Below are positions 58,180-64,000 of a DNA stretch of 64,000 nt, one piece after another (position 1 is the stretch's first letter; each line of letters opens with the position of its first letter). The notes beneath the pieces are model-generated. The model was not told the origin of the DNA. It worked only from the letters and a program-made list of their open reading frames with translations, and did no database searches. The translations under genes were made by a program, and so were the position numbers. Source of the stretch: an uncultured SAR86 cluster bacterium (GTDB lineage Bacteria > Pseudomonadota > Gammaproteobacteria > Magnimaribacterales > TMED112). The stretch covers positions 18,222 through 82,221 of the forward strand of contig CABZLG010000003.1 in NCBI GenBank assembly GCA_902526535.1, in the 5' to 3' direction.

Positions 58180-60048
58180 TTAAATTTTATTTTTTTCTAT
58201 GTAGTCATTAATGACGGACTCTAAAACTGTAAGTGGCAAAGACCCATTCATTAAAACTTCAGTGTGGAAATCTTTTATACTAAATTTATCTCCAAGTTCC
58301 TCTCTTGCTTTATCCCTGAGTTCCATGATTTTAATTCGACCAATCATGTAAGCACAAGCTTGTCCAGGCCAAACTATATACCTCTCAACTTCTGATATTG
58401 CTTCGCTCTCTTCAGAACCCACATTCTTAATCATATAATCTATTGCTTTTTCTCTTGTCCATTTTTTGCTGTGTATACCTGTATCAATAACAAGACGTAC
58501 GGCCCTAAACAATTCAGATTGTAGTGACCCAATTAAGTCATATGGATCTTCTACCAAACCAATTTCTATTGCTAATCTCTCAGCATATAACGCCCATCCC
58601 TCCCCATAAGCTGAAGTCCCATATCCAAATTTTTTCCACAAAGTTTGAGTGCTATTTTCTATATTTAAGGCATTTTGAAAATGATGTCCTGGTATAGCCT
58701 CATGAAATGATAGTGCAGGCATTCCAAACTTTTTAGTTGCTCTAATATCATATAGGTTCGCGTAAAATACCCCAGGTCTTGAGCCATCTAAAGCAGGACT
58801 CTGATAATAACCTCCTGCAGCACTTTGCTCAGAGTAAATTGGAACTCTTTTTACAATTACCTCTGATTTAGGTAATTCGTTAAAATAATCAGGCATTTTT
58901 TTCATAGCTTCATTTTGAATTTTTGTATAGTCAGCAAGTATTTCTTCTCTGCCTTTATCTGAATCTTCGTAATAAAATCTTTCTTCATTATTTAATGCTT
59001 CATACAGTTCTGGTAAGGGTCTTGAAATATCGTAACCCTCGGATTCTAGAATGCTTCTGATTTCATTTTGAATTTCGCTTACCATCTTAAGGCCTATGTT
59101 ATGTATTTCATCTGAAGAGTAATCAGTAGTTGTATATATTCTTAGTCTGTGCTTGTAGTAATCATTACCATTTGGCAAGCCCCAAACCCCTACCATTTCT
59201 CTTGCATTTTTGGTTTGACTTTCTAATGTGTTGAAAAGTCTTCTATAAGCAGGTACAAAAACCTCTTTAATTAAATTCTTAGCATTAACTAAATAATTTT
59301 CCCTTTTATTTTTAGACAAATTAATTGCATCAATTTTTTTCTCAAGTGTTTCATACAATGGATGTTCCTCAATTCTCCCAGTGGAAAGAGTATCAATTTG
59401 ACTCATAGCTTTTTTATAGACGAATTCCGGAGAAAATATCCCATTCTCTGCTCTTTTATTCAAGAAGCCTATAATTTCATTAATGACCCTTGGAACCTCA
59501 TTAATACGATCAAAATAAAATTCAATATCTCTTTCATTATTTATCTTATGTTGATCTGTGAGAAATTCTACTAGACTTAAATGCGCTCCAAAAAATTGCG
59601 TTACAGGGCTAGAATGAAACCTAAATGACTCATAACCTCTAATATCATTATCAAGACTAAATCTTTTTATTTGTAAATTATAATTACCCTCAGGCATGTC
59701 ATTCTGATTGAATCTGCTCAGGTACTTTAATTGCTTTAAGCTATCTTGATAGTCATTTTCAGACTTTTCTAAACTATAGTCGCCTAGTTTTGATTTGTGC
59801 CCTGTTAAAAAATTTAGAGAATCAAGCCCTAAATATGTTAACGCAAGAGGTGAATCAATAGCTCCGTCGATGATAGTTTGATCAAGAAACTTATCAACCT
59901 TATTCGTAGAGGGAACTCCAAAGCTTTTAGCACCATAACCTAAAACTTGCTTTGTTAAAAAAGATGGATTCAATGCAAAAATAAGTAAAAGCGTAATGAG
60001 TAGTGAGCCTAATAAGAACCCGCCTATGGTAGTAAAAAATCTAATCAA
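58180..60048 (-). CDS. DUF885-family protein (putative metallopeptidase-like), N-terminal TM anchor
   Basis: 622 aa with the family motif FHEAIPGHHFQ and an N-terminal hydrophobic helix. Confidence 0.75.
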   Translation of the reverse strand: MIRFFTTIGGFLLGSLLITLLLIFALNPSFLTKQVLGYGAKSFGVPSTNKVDKFLDQTIIDGAIDSPLALTYLGLDSLNFLTGHKSKLGDYSLEKSENDYQDSLKQLKYLSRFNQNDMPEGNYNLQIKRFSLDNDIRGYESFRFHSSPVTQFFGAHLSLVEFLTDQHKINNERDIEFYFDRINEVPRVINEIIGFLNKRAENGIFSPEFVYKKAMSQIDTLSTGRIEEHPLYETLEKKIDAINLSKNKRENYLVNAKNLIKEVFVPAYRRLFNTLESQTKNAREMVGVWGLPNGNDYYKHRLRIYTTTDYSSDEIHNIGLKMVSEIQNEIRSILESEGYDISRPLPELYEALNNEERFYYEDSDKGREEILADYTKIQNEAMKKMPDYFNELPKSEVIVKRVPIYSEQSAAGGYYQSPALDGSRPGVFYANLYDIRATKKFGMPALSFHEAIPGHHFQNALNIENSTQTLWKKFGYGTSAYGEGWALYAERLAIEIGLVEDPYDLIGSLQSELFRAVRLVIDTGIHSKKWTREKAIDYMIKNVGSEESEAISEVERYIVWPGQACAYMIGRIKIMELRDKAREELGDKFSIKDFHTEVLMNGSLPLTVLESVINDYIEKNKI

Positions 60049-61327
60049 ATTTTTCTCCTAAATATTTTTTTATATCATCTAACTTCATATCAATTTTTTC
60101 ATTTTGCGCTCTAATGCCAAACTCTAATTTTGTATTTTTAAAATTATTAGGCCCAACGATAATTGAATATGGTATACCTAATAATTCATGTTCTTTAAAT
60201 TTTATTCCGGCCCTTATATCTCTGTCATCTAATAGTGGATCAAAGCCAGATTTTCTTAAGATACTATAAATTTCTGAACAAACTTTTACAATTTCATTAC
60301 TTTCGGGATCTAAACAGATAATATTTACTCCAAATGGAGTAATTTTGGTTGGCCATTGGATTCCTTTATCATCATAATTCTGTTCAATTGCAGCAGCAAC
60401 AATTCTAGACACTCCAATTCCATAACAGCCCATAAAAGGATGTATAGAGTTTCCATTCATATCTTTAACTCCAACTTTCATTGCTTGGCTATATTTTTGA
60501 CCTAATTGAAAGATATGACCAACTTCAATTCCCCTCTTAATTTTAAGTTTACCTTTCCCATCAGGAGATTTTTTTCCCTCAAGTTCACTGGGATCTTTAT
60601 CATAATTTAAAACCTCTACATTTGCTGCAAAATCACTACCATCACTTACAGCAATCAAATCTTCACCTGAGTCAGCAAGAATATGAAATTCTTCACTTAT
60701 ATCTCCACCAATATTTCCAGAATCTGCTTTAACAATTCTGTAATCTAAACCTATTTCATTAAATATGCTTATGTAAGCATTCTTCATTTTTCCATAACTC
60801 TTAACCAACCCTTTTTCATCAATATCGAAACTATAAGCGTCTTTCATTAAAAACTCTCTTGATCGCATAACGCCGAACCTTGGCCTAATTTCATCTCTAA
60901 ATTTTGTTTGTATTTGATAAAGGTTTACAGGCAAATCTTTATAACTTTTTGGGTGAGATCTAAAAATTTCACATATTATTTCTTCATGGGTTGGGCCCAA
61001 TACAAACCCCCTATTTGACCTGTCATCAAATTTGAGAAGTTCTTTGCCATATTCATCATATCTTCCTGACTCTTTCCATAGTTCTGCAGGCTGAACCATA
61101 GGCATAAGAACTTCTTCAGCATCGAAGTTATTTAAATTCTTTCTGACTATTTCCTCGACTTTTTTAAGAACTTTAAGACCTAAAGGTAACCAGCTGTAAA
61201 TACCAGCTGCAGTTTTTTTTATCATTCCAGAACGCACCATCAACTTGTGACTTATAAGTTCTGCATCTGAAGGGTCTTCCTTTACTGTTGGGACGAATAA
61301 TTTCGAGAAATACACTATAATCTCCAA
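60041..61327 (-). CDS. proS: Prolyl-tRNA synthetase, bacterial type lacking the INS editing domain (428 aa)
   Basis: It has class II motifs 2 and 3 ([34 protein letters not shown]). ..[46 protein letters not shown] joins the two sequence blocks that flank the ~180-aa INS insertion in E. coli ProRS. Confidence 0.93.
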   Translation of the reverse strand: [428 protein letters not shown]

Positions 61328-61356
61328 TGTTAATTATATTGTAATTTCTTTTATTT

Positions 61357-61545
61357 ATGCCGATTTATGATTATTACTGTGATGTATGTAAACCCAATTT
61401 TGAAGCACTTCAGAAAATAAAAGAAAAACCGTTAAAAAGTTGTTTAAAATGTAAGAAATCTGGAGGAGTTATAAACTTAATATCTGTTCCAAGTTTAAGA
61501 TTAAAAGGTGATGGTTGGAATAAACTTATTATAAAAAAGTGTTAA
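61357..61545 (+). CDS. FmdB-family zinc-ribbon protein
   Basis: 62 aa with MPIYDYYCDVC...LKSCLKC...LKGDGW, the CxxC-CxxC zinc-ribbon pattern. This family is commonly found upstream of aspS. Confidence 0.7.
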   Translation: MPIYDYYCDVCKPNFEALQKIKEKPLKSCLKCKKSGGVINLISVPSLRLKGDGWNKLIIKKC

Positions 61546-61584
61546 ATAAAATATCCCTTCACCAAAAAAAGAAAAGCAAAAAAG

Positions 61585-63345
61585 ATGAGAAGTAATTATT
61601 GCGGAGAGCTCTCTAAAAAGTACATTAACAAAATTGTTACTATCTGTGGTTGGGTTCACAGAAGAAGGGATCATGGTGGTGTAATTTTTTTAGATGTAAG
61701 AGATAAGACTGGAATAGTACAGGTTGTTGTAAATCCAGAAAACAAGAAATCTTTTTCATTTGCAGAAAAAGTAAGAAGTGAATTTGTTTTAAAAATTTCT
61801 GGAAAAGTAAATGAGCGTCCCGAGGACGCGGAGAATGAAGAACTTACAACGGGAGTTATTGAAATTATTGCTGATGAAATAATTGTTTTAAATGAAGCAG
61901 AAACCCCAGCATTTCCATTAGATCAATCTGCAGAAGTTAGCGAAGAGGTCCGTCTAAAAAATAGAACTCTTGACTTAAGAAGACCAGAAATGCAAAAAAA
62001 TCTTGAGACAAAGTCTAAAATTTCTCAAATAGTCAGAAAAGCTCTTGAAAAAAAAGGCTTTATTGATATTGAAACGCCAATTCTTACAAAAGCGACTCCC
62101 GAAGGAGCAAGAGATTATCTTGTGCCAAGTAGAACAAATAGAGGAAGTTTTTTTGCACTTCCACAATCTCCACAGCTATTCAAACAAATGTTAATGATTG
62201 CAGGTTTTGAGAAGTACTATCAAATAGCCAGATGCTTTAGAGATGAGGATTTAAGAGCAGACAGACAGCCAGAATTTTCTCAGCTTGATATCGAGTCATC
62301 ATTTGTGGAGGAAAAAGACATCATGGGTCTTACAAATGACTTAATGAGACAAGTTTTCAAAGAAATTGCCGATGAAGACTTGGAGAATATTGAAGTTATT
62401 AAATGGGATAAAGCAATGGAAGAATATGGCAGTGATAAACCAGACTTAAGAAATCCTTTGAGGCTAATAGAAGTAAAGAAGTTTTTTGAAAAAGAAGAAT
62501 TTAAAGTTTTCTCTGAACCTGCAAATGATGATGAATCAAGAATAGCAGCATTGGTTATAAATGATGGAGAAAAAATAGGAAGAGGACAAATTGATAGATA
62601 CACAGATTTTGTTAAAGAATTTGGAGCTAAAGGATTAGCTTACATAAAAGTAGAAAATGTAAGCTATTCAGGAGTCAACTCACCCATACTTAAATATTTA
62701 TCTGAAGAATGTATAGAAACTTTGATAAAAGAATTAAGCCTTAAAAAGAATGATCTTGTTTTTTTTGGAGCTGGCAAAAGCAGAATTGTAAATGATTATA
62801 TGAGTAGATTAATAAATAAAATTGGAAAAGATTTAAATTTATTAAAAGATGGCTATCAAGCATGTTGGGTTACTGAATTTCCTATGTTTGAAAAAGATAA
62901 TGATGGTAAGGTATCTGCATTACATCATCCTTTTACTAGCCCTGCTAAATCTGACCTAAAAGAATTGCAAAAAATTGATATAAATTCTATTAAATCAAGA
63001 GCATACGACTTTGTTGTAAATGGAATAGAGCTTGGAGGAGGTTCAATAAGGATTCATAACAAAGAAATACAAGAGCAAATATTCAAACTTCTCAACTTAA
63101 GTCCAAAAGAGGCAAATAATAAATTTGGATTTTTTTTGAAAGTACTTGGCACAGGCTGTCCTCCTCATGGAGGTATTGCATTTGGTTTAGATAGAATTGC
63201 GATGATTCTTACAGGTGTAGATACAATTAGAGATGTTATTGCGTTTCCTAAAACTCAATCTGCAATGTGCTTACTTACTGAAGCACCAGGAGAAGTTCCC
63301 AAAGAGAGCCTTGAAGAGTTAAATATAAAAAAAATTGAGGAATAA
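61585..63345 (+). CDS. aspS: Aspartyl-tRNA synthetase
   Basis: 586 aa with an N-terminal OB fold, QSPQLFKQ, FRDEDLRADRQPEFSQLD and GLDR. Confidence 0.97.
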   Translation: MRSNYCGELSKKYINKIVTICGWVHRRRDHGGVIFLDVRDKTGIVQVVVNPENKKSFSFAEKVRSEFVLKISGKVNERPEDAENEELTTGVIEIIADEIIVLNEAETPAFPLDQSAEVSEEVRLKNRTLDLRRPEMQKNLETKSKISQIVRKALEKKGFIDIETPILTKATPEGARDYLVPSRTNRGSFFALPQSPQLFKQMLMIAGFEKYYQIARCFRDEDLRADRQPEFSQLDIESSFVEEKDIMGLTNDLMRQVFKEIADEDLENIEVIKWDKAMEEYGSDKPDLRNPLRLIEVKKFFEKEEFKVFSEPANDDESRIAALVINDGEKIGRGQIDRYTDFVKEFGAKGLAYIKVENVSYSGVNSPILKYLSEECIETLIKELSLKKNDLVFFGAGKSRIVNDYMSRLINKIGKDLNLLKDGYQACWVTEFPMFEKDNDGKVSALHHPFTSPAKSDLKELQKIDINSIKSRAYDFVVNGIELGGGSIRIHNKEIQEQIFKLLNLSPKEANNKFGFFLKVLGTGCPPHGGIAFGLDRIAMILTGVDTIRDVIAFPKTQSAMCLLTEAPGEVPKESLEELNIKKIEE

Positions 63346-64000
63346 TGGCAGGGCATTCTAAGTGGGCAAATATCAAACACAGAAAGGCAAGACAGGATGC
63401 CAAAAGAGGAGCTGTTTTTACAAAAGTAATTAGAGAATTAACAGTTGCAGCAAAGGAGGGTGGCGGAGTTATAGAAGACAATCCAAGACTAAGACTAGCT
63501 TATGAAAAAGCTTTATCAGCAAATATGGGCAAAGATACAATTAATAGGGCAATTCAAAGAGGTGCAGGAGGACAAGAAGGGCAAAACTTAGAAGAAGTAA
63601 TTTACGAGGGATATGGACCAGAGGGAATTGCTGTATTTATCAAAACTTTAACAGATAACAAAAATAGGACCGTTTCAGAAATTAGGCATGCTTTTACAAA
63701 ATCTGGTGGGAATTTGGGCACATCTGGAAGTGTTGCCTATATGTTTAAATCTATAGGTAAAATTTTTGTTAATAACAGTTCATCTGATGAAAAATTTTAT
63801 GAATTAGTTATTGAGAGTGGCGCTGATGATATTTTTGATTTAGGCGATGAAAAAACAGAACTTCATTGTGATCCAAAAAATTTATCAAAATTAAAGGATG
63901 CGATTGAAAATAAAACATTTAGTGTTGAATCTACAGAAATTTTAATGGAATCTGAAAATCAAATTAAACTAAACTTAGAAAATTCTGAAAAGATATTAAA
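63345..64000 (+). CDS. yebC: YebC/PmpR-family probable transcriptional regulator (runs off the window end)
   Basis: Absent from the ORF track because it is open at the window end. The ATG at 63345 overlaps the aspS stop (TAATG). The translation MAGHSKWANIKHRKARQDAKRGAVFTKVIRELTVAAKEGGG..YEGYGPEGIAV is the YebC/TACO1 family N-terminus. The frame is open to 64000. Confidence 0.92.
   Translation, partial: MAGHSKWANIKHRKARQDAKRGAVFTKVIRELTVAAKEGGGVIEDNPRLRLAYEKALSANMGKDTINRAIQRGAGGQEGQNLEEVIYEGYGPEGIAVFIKTLTDNKNRTVSEIRHAFTKSGGNLGTSGSVAYMFKSIGKIFVNNSSSDEKFYELVIESGADDIFDLGDEKTELHCDPKNLSKLKDAIENKTFSVESTEILMESENQIKLNLENSEKIL

Overview
This window is a visibly AT-rich and extremely gene-dense chromosomal segment. 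Nearly every gene junction overlaps or abuts. Only four non-coding gaps exceed 100 nt, and one of them is the RNase P RNA gene. The gene order follows the Pseudomonas/E. coli-type gammaproteobacterial arrangement, so this looks like a streamlined gammaproteobacterium. A SAR86-like marine lineage is my guess only and is unverified. The content is almost entirely housekeeping. It runs ychF-pth-rplY-prs-tRNA-Gln-ispE, then divergently hemA-prfA-prmC-moeB-like. A small accessory stretch follows with a GH84 O-GlcNAcase-like enzyme, an acyl-CoA synthetase, a MaoC hydratase, a PON/arylesterase-like lipoprotein and a 2-TM protein. After that come gatCAB / mreBCD with a short YhdP-like protein, then mgtE-lptB-lptA-kdsD / mlaC-murA, a DegS-like protease, and rplM-rpsI with petABC-sspA. 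Next is rsmI-rnpB and a complete dcw cluster, fused directly to rpsF-rpsR-rplI-dnaB-alr-pyrG-kdsA-eno-ftsB-ispDF-surE. The window ends with fdxA / recA, DUF885-proS and aspS-yebC. I found no CRISPR array, prophage, transposon, toxin-antitoxin pair or recognisable defence island, and I do not claim a novel multi-gene system here. Seven observations deserve a second look. (1) ftsZ sits at the head of the dcw cluster in the mraZ slot instead of after ftsA. (2) Three essential genes (kdsD, ftsZ, murG), and possibly petC, are broken exactly at A/T homopolymers. This is most likely sequencing error, with slippage as the alternative. (3) rsmH and petA have no canonical start codon upstream of conserved N-terminal sequence. 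(4) An orphan integrase-arm-like ORF and a cluster of repeats and palindromes lie between rpsI and petA. (5) Two eukaryote-like enzymes (OGA-like and PON-like) sit next to a fatty-acid activation pair. (6) There is an ispD-ispF fusion, a ProRS that lacks the INS editing domain, and a half-length YhdP-like protein. (7) Compaction is extreme: divergent start codons sit back to back, and no convergent junction has room for a terminator. All identifications come from reading the translations and sequence by eye against remembered family motifs. No searches or statistics were run.
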